A stretch of 41,300 nt of DNA from the IMG/VR virus record IMGVR_UViG_3300037474_000096. The stretch is one strand, 5' to 3'. How positions within the stretch are numbered: the first letter of the stretch is position 1; each line of letters opens with the position of its first letter. Of the stretch, positions 31,150-40,026 are shown piece by piece. The notes below the pieces were generated by a model. The model did no database searches and was not told the DNA's origin. It saw only the letters and a list, made by a program, of their open reading frames with translations. The position numbers and the translations under genes are program-made. The stretch is from a virus.

Positions 31150-34100
31150 ATGCCCTTGAATCCGATTCGTCAAGAACTGCTGATCAATGGGACGTGGACG
31201 GATATCACCACGCCCACCCGTGCCGATCCCAAAATCGTCATCACCGAGGGATCGAGCAGCGAGCAGACCTATTTGACTAGCGGGTCCGCGCGTTTCACTC
31301 TGAACAATCAGAATGGAACGTACACGAATTCGAATCCCAACTCTCCGTATTACGGATTGCTGGGGCGAAACATTCAGTACCGGACGGGACTCAAGGGAGT
31401 CAAGTACGTCCGGATGCTGGACAATTCGCTGTCCACCACCGGCGCGTACGACAAGGCTCGCGTCTCCACCACCGACAAGGCCGCGCTGGACATCACCGGC
31501 GACATCGATATCAGGTTCGATGGCGAGGCCGAGGACTGGACGAGCAGCTACGGGCAGATCCTGTGCGGCAAGTACAACACCAACGGCGACCAGCGCAGTT
31601 GGGCGCTCTACACCCAGCAGGGTGGGGATATCGTCCTGCAATGGACGACGGACGGCACGGCCACCACCATCACCGGGGCCGGCCCGACGCAGGCCAACCA
31701 GGCGTACTTCACCGCTGGCCGCAACGCCGTGCGGGTCACGGTGGACGTGGACAACGGCGCGGGCGGACGGCAGGTCACCTGGTACAAGGCGGACACCATC
31801 GCCGGCCCGTGGACGCAGTTCGCGCAGAGCACCTACACCGGGACCACCTCGTTCTTCTCCAGCAGCGCGGCGCTGGAGATCGGCACCGTTAACGACGGTG
31901 ACAGCCGCAACACACCGTTCGCCGGCGCTACCGCGTTCGTCGGTAAGATCTACGCCTTCGAGCTGCGCAACGGCATCAACGGCACCCTGGTCGCGAAGAT
32001 GGACGCCACCGCGCAGGCGCGCGGCGCGACTAGCTGGAGTGACGGGCTCGGCAATACCTGGACGTGCCAGGTGTCCGCGGTGGTCGATGACATGGACTAC
32101 CGGTTCTGGGGCGAATGCGCGCAGTTGCCGCAGGAGTGGGACACCTCTGGCCGTGACGTGTGGAGCAGCGTGCAAGCAGGTGACCTGCTCCAGCGTCTTC
32201 AGAAAGGTAGCGCCGCGCAACCCGTAGCGTCTCCGCTGCTGCGCCGGATGATGCAAGAGATCAACGTGCCGACCGGCGTGGTCAACGCGGTCACGGGCTA
32301 CTGGCCGCTGGAGAGCAGCAACTCAGCGATCATCGGCAAGCCGGTCAACGTGGACCAGTGCACGTTCTCATCCTGGTCGGACGTGCCGGGCGCGGCCGGT
32401 GGGCTGACCTGCTCAAACCTGAACAGCACCATGGCCGCGCAGGCATCCCCCCTGCCCACGTACTTCGTCATCCCGCCCGGGTACCGGGACTGCGCCTTCA
32501 CGTGGATGCAGCAGATCCCCACCACGCTGGCCGCCGGCCGGGACGTGATGATCTTCTATCTGACCGGTGGCACCCTGTCGCGCATCGTCATCACGTGCGA
32601 GCAGACCCAATGGACGTACCGGATCATCCGCATGGATGGCACGACGCTGGGCTCCGCCACCTGGTCCTACGGTGGGACGATCACCGCCCAGTCCGCCATC
32701 TTCGCCAGCCTGACGCTCACCGAGGACACGGTGAACGGAAGCCTGTTCGTGACGTGGCAATGGATGCGGGCGGGCGATGCCGGCTACGCCAACATCATCG
32801 ATAGCTTCACCCCCGGCACCGACCGGACCGGGTATCCCCGAGCGTGGGCCAGCCCTGCGTTCGCGGAGAAGTCCGGCATGCGCCTGGCGCACGTGATGCT
32901 CGGCCAGCGCCAAGACGTCAACCTGAACAGCGGGGAGGGTTTCCCTGAGGCTCTGGCCGCCTATCCGGCCGAGACGGCGTTCGCGCGCTTCGGCCGGCTC
33001 ATGCGCGAGAACGGCTACCCGTACTGGATCCACGGGATCGGGGATCTGGAGGGCACGCACCTGAACCCGCAGATGGGTCCGCAGGACACCACCACCCTGA
33101 TCACTCTGCTGCAAGAGTGCGCGGACGTGGTGGGTGGCATCCTCTACGCGCCCCGGGACAAGTTCGGGCTGGCACTGCGGATGCTGTCCTCGATGGCTGG
33201 CCGGGATGCGTTCGGGCCGGCCCTGGTCTACGGTGCCACCGGCAACAGCTACCACGTCAGTGGCACGCTCAAACCGGAGCTGGTCACGCAGAACATCCGC
33301 AACTCCGTCACCGCCACCCGGCCAGGAGGCGGGGCGCGGTATCGCAACAAGACGTCCGGCACGCTCAACACCAACTCCAGCGCCACCGACGTCAACGGCG
33401 TGGGGATCTACGCCGCGCAGGTGAGCCGCAACGTCTTCGTCGATGACCAGCTCCAGTCGCAGGCGAACTGGGAGGTGGGCGTGGGGACCGAAGATGCCCT
33501 GCGCTGGCCGCAGGTCACCGCTGAGCTGCACCGTGCCCCGTTCGTCGCCAGTCCGGCGCTGGCGGCCAGCGTGCGCCGGCTGAGTCTGGGTGATCCGTTC
33601 ACGCTGACCGGGTTACCCGCTGGCAAGGGTGGTCCGGATGACGCCCCGCTGCTCGTGCGCGGGCGCACGGAGACGCTGGAGAACCTGCTCCACACCATCA
33701 CGTTCAACGCCGTGCCCTACGGTCCGTACGCGTGGGGGCAGTTCGCGAACGCGTCCGCCAACAACGGGTTCGGCTATGCGGAGGGCGGTCAGCGCCGACT
33801 GGACTCCCGCTCGTCCACGCTGGCCGCCAGCGCCACCAGCACCGCCACCAGCCTCAGCTTCGCCACGTCGCTCGACACCAGCGCGTGGAGCAAGGCCACG
33901 CCCTACGACGTGAACGTGGCCGGCGAGCGCGTCACGATCAACGAGATGGGCAGCAAGGGCGCGGTGGGTGTCAGCCTCGGCATGATGGAGTCCACGGCCA
34001 CGGTCGGCCAGTGGAGCGGCGGCGCGGGTGGCACCCCGGCGCGCTCCACCACGCAGCGAAAGTACGGTCTCAGTAGCGCGCTACTGACCGTGGCGGGCGC

Positions 34101-34551
34101 GCCGGCCACCGCCAGCGTGCTGTTGGGCGCGGCCGCGAACTACGCGCCGGCCACCGCCACGCTGACTTACACCTGCTCGTTGTGGCTGTATTCGTCCATC
34201 GCGATCACCACCAACGCGCTGGCGCGCATCGACTGGTACACGGCCGCGAACGCGCTGATCAGCTCCACCACGGGAACCGCTGTCAGCGTGGCCGCGAACA
34301 CCTGGACGAAGATCACGGTGACCGGGACAGCGCCGGCCACCACCGCGAAAGCGAACTACGGGCTGAACGTGACCGGTAGCCCCGCGAACGGGACGCTGCT
34401 GTACGTGGACGCGATAGAGTTGATCAACACCGCCGGCACCACCTGGCCGTGCCTGGTGACGCGTTCGGTGAATGGGATCGTCAAGCCGCAGAATTCAGGC
34501 GGTGCGGTGCGGCTCGTGCAGTCGCAGGCAATGCGATGGGGGAGGATCTGA
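31150..34551 (+). CDS. Large minor tail protein (distal tail/tip) with a C-terminal carbohydrate-binding-like jelly-roll
   Basis: 1133 aa, directly after the tape measure. The C-terminus LTYTCSLWLYSS...LLYVDAIELIN is CBM-like. Confidence 0.7.
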   Translation: MPLNPIRQELLINGTWTDITTPTRADPKIVITEGSSSEQTYLTSGSARFTLNNQNGTYTNSNPNSPYYGLLGRNIQYRTGLKGVKYVRMLDNSLSTTGAYDKARVSTTDKAALDITGDIDIRFDGEAEDWTSSYGQILCGKYNTNGDQRSWALYTQQGGDIVLQWTTDGTATTITGAGPTQANQAYFTAGRNAVRVTVDVDNGAGGRQVTWYKADTIAGPWTQFAQSTYTGTTSFFSSSAALEIGTVNDGDSRNTPFAGATAFVGKIYAFELRNGINGTLVAKMDATAQARGATSWSDGLGNTWTCQVSAVVDDMDYRFWGECAQLPQEWDTSGRDVWSSVQAGDLLQRLQKGSAAQPVASPLLRRMMQEINVPTGVVNAVTGYWPLESSNSAIIGKPVNVDQCTFSSWSDVPGAAGGLTCSNLNSTMAAQASPLPTYFVIPPGYRDCAFTWMQQIPTTLAAGRDVMIFYLTGGTLSRIVITCEQTQWTYRIIRMDGTTLGSATWSYGGTITAQSAIFASLTLTEDTVNGSLFVTWQWMRAGDAGYANIIDSFTPGTDRTGYPRAWASPAFAEKSGMRLAHVMLGQRQDVNLNSGEGFPEALAAYPAETAFARFGRLMRENGYPYWIHGIGDLEGTHLNPQMGPQDTTTLITLLQECADVVGGILYAPRDKFGLALRMLSSMAGRDAFGPALVYGATGNSYHVSGTLKPELVTQNIRNSVTATRPGGGARYRNKTSGTLNTNSSATDVNGVGIYAAQVSRNVFVDDQLQSQANWEVGVGTEDALRWPQVTAELHRAPFVASPALAASVRRLSLGDPFTLTGLPAGKGGPDDAPLLVRGRTETLENLLHTITFNAVPYGPYAWGQFANASANNGFGYAEGGQRRLDSRSSTLAASATSTATSLSFATSLDTSAWSKATPYDVNVAGERVTINEMGSKGAVGVSLGMMESTATVGQWSGGAGGTPARSTTQRKYGLSSALLTVAGAPATASVLLGAAANYAPATATLTYTCSLWLYSSIAITTNALARIDWYTAANALISSTTGTAVSVAANTWTKITVTGTAPATTAKANYGLNVTGSPANGTLLYVDAIELINTAGTTWPCLVTRSVNGIVKPQNSGGAVRLVQSQAMRWGRI

Positions 34552-34554
34552 TCC

Positions 34555-35073
34555 ATGGCCATGGACGAGGTGGGCGCGGGTGACTTCGCGTTCGACGATA
34601 CGTTCAACTACATGATCCGGCGGGCGGTGAATCGCCCGATCTGCAAGCTGGCACTGGCCGCGAACCAGAACTTCACCTCAGGGTCGCAGCAGGCGGTGTC
34701 GTTCCTGGCCGGCTCGGAAGTGCTTGACGACCTGAACTGGCACTCCACGTCCTCGCTGACATCGCGGGTTGTGCCGACCTACGCCGGCCGGTACTGGGTG
34801 AACGGGATCCTGTCGTTCGCCTCGAACACCACCGGCGAGCGCCGGCTGATCATCACCAAGAACGGCGTCGGCAACGCGATCTACGACCGCCGCTTCGGTG
34901 TCTCGGCCACCACCAACGTCTCAGGGTGCGGCATCATCGAGTGCAACGGCACGACGGACTACATTGAGCTTCAGGGAGTCCAGGCCAGCGGCGGTATCCT
35001 GGCCGCTCAGGGCACCGGGGACTCCGCGTTCGGCACCATGCTTGAGGTGGTTTACATGGGTGACCTGCTGTGA
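34555..35073 (+). CDS. Minor tail protein or receptor-binding candidate, 172 aa
   Basis: The position is after the large tail protein. The sequence is beta-rich. Confidence 0.5.
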   Translation: MAMDEVGAGDFAFDDTFNYMIRRAVNRPICKLALAANQNFTSGSQQAVSFLAGSEVLDDLNWHSTSSLTSRVVPTYAGRYWVNGILSFASNTTGERRLIITKNGVGNAIYDRRFGVSATTNVSGCGIIECNGTTDYIELQGVQASGGILAAQGTGDSAFGTMLEVVYMGDLL

Positions 35074-35864
35074 GCGCGTGGGTGGTAGTTCCGTGCCTGC
35101 TCGCTCTGCGTGACGAGTACAACCTGGTCGCGCCCGGGCGCGACAAGGGCGCAGACGGAACGATCGGGGACTCGAACCACAAGAGCAGCTCAGACCACAC
35201 TCCGGACGAGGATTCGGACATCCTGCGTGACCACGACGCGGACGACAAGAACGAGGTGCACGCGCTCGACATCGACTCGTCCGGCCCGTGGCCCGGCGGG
35301 TGGGCATGGTTCAACGCCAGCGTGCTGGACGTCGTAGAGCGCCACCGGCTCGGTGTGGATGACCGACTGAAGTACGTCATCTGGAACGAGCGCATCGCGT
35401 CCATGTCGTGGAACTGGACGTGGCGGGAGTACTCCGGCCCGGACCCGCACACGAATCACGCGCACTTCAGCGCGCGGTACACCACCGCGCAGGAACGCGA
35501 CACATCAGATTGGGGAGTGGCGGACATGCCGCTGAACACGACGGACAAGAGCTGGCTGATCGGCCAGATCCGCGAGGGCGTGAACAAGGGCGTGGTGGAC
35601 GTGCTCTCGCGCGCGTCGCGCGCCGCGCAAGGCAAGTCCTCCGGCGACGACTTCACCGACAAGGGCGACGTGCAGATCTTGCAGATGCTGCGCCAGGCCG
35701 TCGGTGGGCCGCTCGATGAGCAGACCCTGGTGTCCGCGATCGTCGCGAAGCTCCCGACGTCCGGAGCGATCCCTTCCGGCGCGCCGATCAACGAGGACGC
35801 GCTACGCAATGCGGTGGAGGCCGGCGTGCGTGAGGTGCTGCGGACCGGGGTAAACGAGATCTGA
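35070..35864 (+). CDS. Putative endolysin or cell-wall hydrolase (metallopeptidase-like His/Asp motifs)
   Basis: GTG in a GTGA overlap. Motifs are GTIGDSNHKSSSDHTPD, VHALDID and PHTNHAHFS. It lies upstream of the small membrane proteins. Confidence 0.5.
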   Translation: MSAWVVVPCLLALRDEYNLVAPGRDKGADGTIGDSNHKSSSDHTPDEDSDILRDHDADDKNEVHALDIDSSGPWPGGWAWFNASVLDVVERHRLGVDDRLKYVIWNERIASMSWNWTWREYSGPDPHTNHAHFSARYTTAQERDTSDWGVADMPLNTTDKSWLIGQIREGVNKGVVDVLSRASRAAQGKSSGDDFTDKGDVQILQMLRQAVGGPLDEQTLVSAIVAKLPTSGAIPSGAPINEDALRNAVEAGVREVLRTGVNEI

Positions 35865-35931
35865 CCTGCGCGTTCTGTCCGCCCTTCCCGATACCATGGG
35901 GTACGAATTGATCTAGGGGAGGGCGGCCAGG

Positions 35932-36135
35932 ATGCCACGGTGGGCGCGGATCCTCGGATGGTGCGTCGGGCTGACCATGTGGGTGGTGATGATCATCTGG
36001 TCACTGATCCTCGGCCAGATCCCGAACGGGGTACTGATCGGGTTTCCGGCCGGCCTGTGGGCGGTGCTACGGCCGGGACGAACCCGTACGATTCCGGCGG
36101 AGCGCCAGAACGACGGAGAGGACAGCGCGTCATGA
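35932..36135 (+). CDS. Holin candidate, 67 aa, two TM helices
   Basis: GGGGAGGG RBS. Hydrophobic stretches are ILGWCVGLTMWVVMIIWSLIL and VLIGFPAGLWAVL. Confidence 0.55.
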   Translation: MPRWARILGWCVGLTMWVVMIIWSLILGQIPNGVLIGFPAGLWAVLRPGRTRTIPAERQNDGEDSAS

Positions 36136-36239
36136 CCTTGGATCCTGAGTGGATCGCCACGGCTCTGGCCGGCTCGATCGTGTGGGCGGTGGCCGGCACC
36201 CACCTGCGAGCCCTCATGCTGCGCCGGATGCGTCGATGA
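36132..36239 (+). CDS. Small membrane protein, 35 aa, one TM helix
   Basis: ATGA overlap. The hydrophobic stretch is WIATALAGSIVWAVAG. Confidence 0.45.
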   Translation: MTLDPEWIATALAGSIVWAVAGTHLRALMLRRMRR

Positions 36240-36541
36240 GTCCGCGCCTGCGATCCGCGCTGGTGGGGTTGGGTGTGCTGGCCGCGCTGGCGGGGGCGGC
36301 GGCCAGCGGCATCCGCCAGCAGGTCTACACGCAGTGCGTGGGCCGGCATCAGCGTGCGGACGCGGAACGTACCTCAGCGATCGCCAAGGCCACCGACGCG
36401 GAGCGCCGCGCCCAGCGCGCCCTGATCGCGAACACGGACCCGACGCACAACCGCACCCTGCGCGAGGCCATCCTGGCCGCCTACGACCACACGGACGCGG
36501 TGCGTGCCGCGAATCCACCACCGAACCAGGAGGCATGCTGA
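36236..36541 (+). CDS. Membrane-anchored protein, 101 aa (lysis accessory candidate)
   Basis: ATGA overlap. The N-terminal anchor is LVGLGVLAALAGAAASG. Confidence 0.5.
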   Translation: MSPRLRSALVGLGVLAALAGAAASGIRQQVYTQCVGRHQRADAERTSAIAKATDAERRAQRALIANTDPTHNRTLREAILAAYDHTDAVRAANPPPNQEAC

Positions 36542-36837
36542 TGATCAGCGCGAAGAGCCGGACAGAGATCAAGGTGCGCGCGGCCAGCCTGGCCGTGTTC
36601 GCGGTGACCACGGTGGGTGGCATCCTGCTGGAGACGTCCGTGACGGACTGGGCGAAGGATCTGCCGCCCTGGCTTCAGGTGCCGGCTGCCTCGCTGATCC
36701 TGGCCGGCGTGACGTGGCTGACTGGCCGACGCGCGAAGTCGCGACCGGACTACCTGTCGCCCTCCACCATCGAGGCGGCAGAAGTCTGGACACGCCAGCA
36801 CGCCCCCCGCATCCCGCGCGAGGGGCGTTTCAACTAG
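36541..36837 (+). CDS. Membrane protein, 98 aa, two TM helices (second holin-like candidate)
   Basis: AGGAGG lies 7 nt upstream. Hydrophobic stretches are AASLAVFAVTTVGGILL and AASLILAGVTWLTG. Confidence 0.55.
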   Translation: MISAKSRTEIKVRAASLAVFAVTTVGGILLETSVTDWAKDLPPWLQVPAASLILAGVTWLTGRRAKSRPDYLSPSTIEAAEVWTRQHAPRIPREGRFN

Positions 36838-36847
36838 CTGATCCGTC

Positions 36848-37060
36848 CTATCGCTTGCGTTCGTCGCCGTCCATCGCCCACATGACCGCCCAGGTGATCG
36901 CGGCGGTCAGTATCACGCTGGTCACTAGCGTGATACTGGCGAAGATGATCGCAACCGCCATCGATGATCCGTCGGCCAGGCTGGCCGCGAACAGCGCGCC
37001 AAAGAAGAGCAGCGTGGTGCAGCTCAACACCATGATCAGACGGCGATGACTCCTGATCAT
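36848..37060 (-). CDS. Small membrane protein, 70 aa, two TM helices, last gene of the leftward arm
   Basis: ATGA overlap with the upstream stop. It is convergent with the lysis genes, with a 10-bp gap. Confidence 0.6.
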   Translation of the reverse strand: MIRSHRRLIMVLSCTTLLFFGALFAASLADGSSMAVAIIFASITLVTSVILTAAITWAVMWAMDGDERKR

Positions 37061-37422
37061 GCCGTGCGCTCCGGCATCGAGTCCGGACGCGGGCCGAACA
37101 GCTCCTCCACGCAGAGCTGAAGATCCGCGCGGGTGTTCCCGCTGGCGAACAACCGGAACCCGTTGGTGAGGCCAAGCAGTTCGAGGGCGCGCACATCGGC
37201 GCGCTCACCGGACGCCAGCCAGTATGCCTCGTCCCCATCGAGTCCGATGAACCCCTGACGCTCGTAGTCCGGCATCTCGCCGGAGAGCAGGCACGTCCAG
37301 CCCGCGAAGCAGGCGGTGGTGCCGCAGTCCGTCATGGTGAAGAACCAGCCCTGATCCCACAGCTCAGGGTGGGCGTCGATCTGATCGAGCACCCGATAGG
37401 CCAGCTCCGCGTTCGGCTCCAT
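37057..37422 (-). CDS. Member 3 of the CGT..CFAGW paralog family
   Basis: MEPNAELAYRVLDQIDAHPELWDQ...DCGTTACFAGW...ELFGPRPD. Confidence 0.7.
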   Translation of the reverse strand: MEPNAELAYRVLDQIDAHPELWDQGWFFTMTDCGTTACFAGWTCLLSGEMPDYERQGFIGLDGDEAYWLASGERADVRALELLGLTNGFRLFASGNTRADLQLCVEELFGPRPDSMPERTA

Positions 37423-37727
37423 CACCACCTCACCGCCAGAGCGAGGGCGCTCGCGCCGCCGGCGACGAACACGGCCAGCATGGCAAGCGGGGGACTAACC
37501 TCGTTGGCCGCCGGGGCGAGCGCGAGGATCATCCCCACCGGAACGAGGATGATGACCTTCGCCAGCCACTGCGGCATGGTGTAGCGGCGCGGGGTGCGCG
37601 GCGCGCGCCGCCGGCCCTTGCCCGGGCGCGCGATCTGCGGGGCGGGCGCGGTGGCCGCCTCCATCCATCGCTGCCAGTTGACTTCTTCGGCGGAGAAGAT
37701 GTCCACGCCGGCATCCATCGTGGTCAC
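37422..37727 (-). CDS. Membrane protein, 101 aa, two C-terminal TM helices
   Basis: GTG at 37727 in a GTGA overlap. Hydrophobic stretches are WLAKVIILVPVGMILALAPAA and LAMLAVFVAGGASALALAV. Confidence 0.6.
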   Translation of the reverse strand: MTTMDAGVDIFSAEEVNWQRWMEAATAPAPQIARPGKGRRRAPRTPRRYTMPQWLAKVIILVPVGMILALAPAANEVSPPLAMLAVFVAGGASALALAVRW

Positions 37728-38095
37728 GGCCGCTCCCCGAAGATGTTCTCCACCAGGATCTGAAGGTCCGCGCGGCTGTTCCACATGTGGAACAGTGACG
37801 GACTGTCGTCCGTCTCGCTCAGCTCCGCGTAGTAGCTCAGCGCCGGCGCGATGTCCTGATCCGCACTGTCGTCGGAGATCCCGAGCAGCTCAAACGCGCG
37901 GATTTGAGTGTGAACCTTGCGATCGCCCACCCGGACGTAGCTCCCGTTCATCATCGCGTCCTCGCCATCGCTGAGCACCACCGCCCAGCCAGCGAAGCAT
38001 CCGCTAGTCCCGCACCACCAGCGTTTCTGGTCCCAGCGCTCCGGGTGGGCGTCGATCTGATCGAGCACCCGGTACGCCAACTCCGCGTTCGGCAT
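37724..38095 (-). CDS. Member 4 of the CGT..CFAGW paralog family
   Basis: ATG at 38095 with GGAGAAAAGGA upstream. The sequence reads MPNAELAYRVLDQIDAHPERWDQ...CGTSGCFAGW...NIFGERP-stop. Confidence 0.7.
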   Translation of the reverse strand: MPNAELAYRVLDQIDAHPERWDQKRWWCGTSGCFAGWAVVLSDGEDAMMNGSYVRVGDRKVHTQIRAFELLGISDDSADQDIAPALSYYAELSETDDSPSLFHMWNSRADLQILVENIFGERP

Positions 38096-38179
38096 ATCCT
38101 TTTCTCCCATCTTCGAGGGTTTAGCCCAGTACGACCAGGGGCTGTTTATGTCCTCCTAGCCGTACCGGGGATGCGTTCT

Positions 38180-38208
38180 ACGCTACTCGTCTATCGTCGG
38201 GATGTCAA
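38180..38208 (-). promoter_or_regulatory. Conserved-box promoter embedded in the last codons of the upstream gene
   Basis: Minus strand: TTGACA (38208-38203), 17 nt, TAGCGT (38185-38180). The box ATCGTCGGGATGTCAACGAT at 38193-38212 encodes ...LIVDIPTIDE-stop. Confidence 0.6.
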
Positions 38209-38467
38209 CGATCAATACCGGCCCCATCGCATCCCCGTACTGATCGATGAACACGCACGCCCCTGGGATGTAAGACGCATCTGAGATGATCCGGATCGCA
38301 GCGTAGTCGTGACCCTGGTTCGAACCCTCGCTGGCGGGGATCGTGCGCTTCAGTAGCTCCGGAACGCCTGCTCCGCAGCGCAGCTCCACGGCGCGACGTC
38401 GCCCCAGACTGGCACCGAACTTCTCGATCGTGGAGATCAGGTTCTCGTACGGAGACTGCTCGCTCAC
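38183..38467 (-). CDS. Hypothetical protein, 94 aa
   Basis: GTG at 38467 in a GTGA overlap with the lipoprotein stop. Confidence 0.6.
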   Translation of the reverse strand: MSEQSPYENLISTIEKFGASLGRRRAVELRCGAGVPELLKRTIPASEGSNQGHDYAAIRIISDASYIPGACVFIDQYGDAMGPVLIVDIPTIDE

Positions 38468-38868
38468 GCGCTCACGCTCACGAGGACGTTCAGCCCCTGG
38501 CTCGGGGAGTAGGTCCACCGCGCGACGTACCCGGGCCAGGTCACCTGCTGCTGGCCGTCCAGCGCGCGGGTCTGGTCGATGCGCCACATCGTGTCGCCCG
38601 GGGCCTTGAGGCGATTCAGCAGGCACTCCAGCGACACCACCTCGCTGTGCGCGCCCCGGGTGGTGATGGCGATGTTGTCCAGCGCCGGCCCGAGCATCGA
38701 GCTGGCCGCACCCGGGCCATAGCACTCGTCCGCGAAGTCGGCCAGCGCCGGCCGCACGTAGCCGGACTCCGCCGGCGTGAGCGGCGTGGGCGCGTACGCC
38801 TGCTGCTGGCCGCACGCCGCGAGCGTGAGCACGCCGACGAACGCGGCCAGCGGGAAACTCATCTTCAT
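38464..38868 (-). CDS. Secreted lipoprotein, 134 aa
   Basis: ATG at 38868 with GGAG upstream. The signal peptide MKMSFPLAAFVGVLTLAAC carries the lipobox L-A-A-C. Confidence 0.7.
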   Translation of the reverse strand: MKMSFPLAAFVGVLTLAACGQQQAYAPTPLTPAESGYVRPALADFADECYGPGAASSMLGPALDNIAITTRGAHSEVVSLECLLNRLKAPGDTMWRIDQTRALDGQQQVTWPGYVARWTYSPSQGLNVLVSVSA

Positions 38869-39110
38869 GTCTGCTCCACTTCGAATCCACACGACTCCAG
38901 CGCGGCCTTCAGGCCGGCCGCACGATTGCACCCGCTGGCCGCCCACGCGGCGGTGTAGATACCGACCAACTCCGACGTGATCTGCACGCGCGTCGCCGTC
39001 TCGATGGCCTCGCCCAGCGCGCTTAGGCAGTCATCGGCTGCCATGTTGCTGGGTGCTGCGTCGTAGAACGCCTCACGCGCGGCCTGACGCCGTTCCTCCA
39101 GCGCGCTCAT
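38865..39110 (-). CDS. Hypothetical protein, 81 aa
   Basis: ATGA overlaps at both ends. Confidence 0.6.
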   Translation of the reverse strand: MSALEERRQAAREAFYDAAPSNMAADDCLSALGEAIETATRVQITSELVGIYTAAWAASGCNRAAGLKAALESCGFEVEQT

Positions 39111-39931
39111 CGCGGCATCGGGAAGTTCTTGTTGTTCAGCTCGCCGGACTTCGCGGTGATGATCTGCGTCAGGTCCCGGTCCTCGCGGAAGGCGTTCCAC
39201 GCCCGGACGTGGATGCAAAGCTGCTCCTGGGGCGTGACCCGATCCACCCGCAGGCGCGCCAGCTTGTTGCGCGCGGTCAGGATCGGGTGGTTCGGGCGAT
39301 CGACGGTGAACCCCAGACCGGACACGAACTGATCGAAGTAGGCGTGCGCCTTGTCCGGGTCGATCTGCGCGAACAGGAAGGCGGCCACGCCGGCCGGCGC
39401 GCCGGATCCCACGCCCTGTTCCTGGCAGTCGCGAGCCCTGGCCGCCGCGCCCTCGAACTCCGCCGGCTGAGCGCTGAACCGTTCCAGGATCTCAGAGATC
39501 GTCGGGTTGGTGAACTGGCGTCCGGAGTTGCGCATGTAGTTGCCGCGCTCCCAGCACAGCACCCAGCGCACGATCGCAGACGATCGCATGCGGTCGTGCG
39601 CCCCGCCGATCCTCAGCACGTCCGCTGCACCACGCGTGGCCCCGGTGTCGGTGACCACCATGGCGGCCAGCGGGAGATCGTGGGCCACGTCCATCTGCAC
39701 CGCGACATTCGCACCCACCACAGCGAACAAGCGGTTCTGGCCGTCGATCAGGGTGCCATCCTTCGCGAACTTGATCGTCGCCCCGGTGTCGGACTGCCAC
39801 AGGCCGGCGGCCATGTCCGCCGCGTACTGCGCGATCTTGGTCGCACGCGGATTGCGGTTGTTCTCCGCGTTGCGCGCCAGCCACTCTTTCGCGAGGGCGG
39901 GTGTCACGAGTACCGTTTCGTATCGAGCCAT
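39107..39931 (-). CDS. ParB-like nuclease domain (ParB/Srx fold) protein
   Basis: ATG at 39931 with GAGAGGTGA upstream. The N-terminal motif is NRNPRATKIAQYAADMAAGLW...LIDGQNRL. Confidence 0.65.
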   Translation of the reverse strand: MARYETVLVTPALAKEWLARNAENNRNPRATKIAQYAADMAAGLWQSDTGATIKFAKDGTLIDGQNRLFAVVGANVAVQMDVAHDLPLAAMVVTDTGATRGAADVLRIGGAHDRMRSSAIVRWVLCWERGNYMRNSGRQFTNPTISEILERFSAQPAEFEGAAARARDCQEQGVGSGAPAGVAAFLFAQIDPDKAHAYFDQFVSGLGFTVDRPNHPILTARNKLARLRVDRVTPQEQLCIHVRAWNAFREDRDLTQIITAKSGELNNKNFPMPR

Positions 39932-39973
39932 GGTGCTCACCTCTCAGTTGTTCGATGTGCTGTTCGTCATCGG

Positions 39974-40009
39974 TGGCGGGCGGTGGACCGGAAGCCACCG
40001 CCCGCCACT
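39974..40009 (-). terminator. Strong GC hairpin between the 40060 stop and the ParB-like gene (terminator or leader structure)
   Basis: GTGGCGGGCGGTGG, loop accggaag, CCACCGCCCGCCAC: a 14-bp perfect stem with no clear U tail. Confidence 0.5.
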
Positions 40010-40026
40010 ACTGCGTGTCAAACATG

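Noticed and set aside
31084-33531. 390-aa and 372-aa minus-strand ORFs antisense to the 1133-aa tail gene
   Set aside because: They are shadow frames with biased R/G/P/H composition. The plus-strand gene is continuous and positionally canonical.
35913-36623. 236-aa minus-strand ORF antisense to the lysis membrane genes
   Set aside because: It is a Pro/Arg/Gly-rich shadow frame. The plus-strand ORFs have overlap-coupled starts and clear TM helices.
40017-40022. Minus-strand TTGACA next to the 39974-40009 hairpin as a promoter
   Set aside because: No TAnnnT hexamer lies 16-19 nt downstream, because that spacer runs into the hairpin stem.
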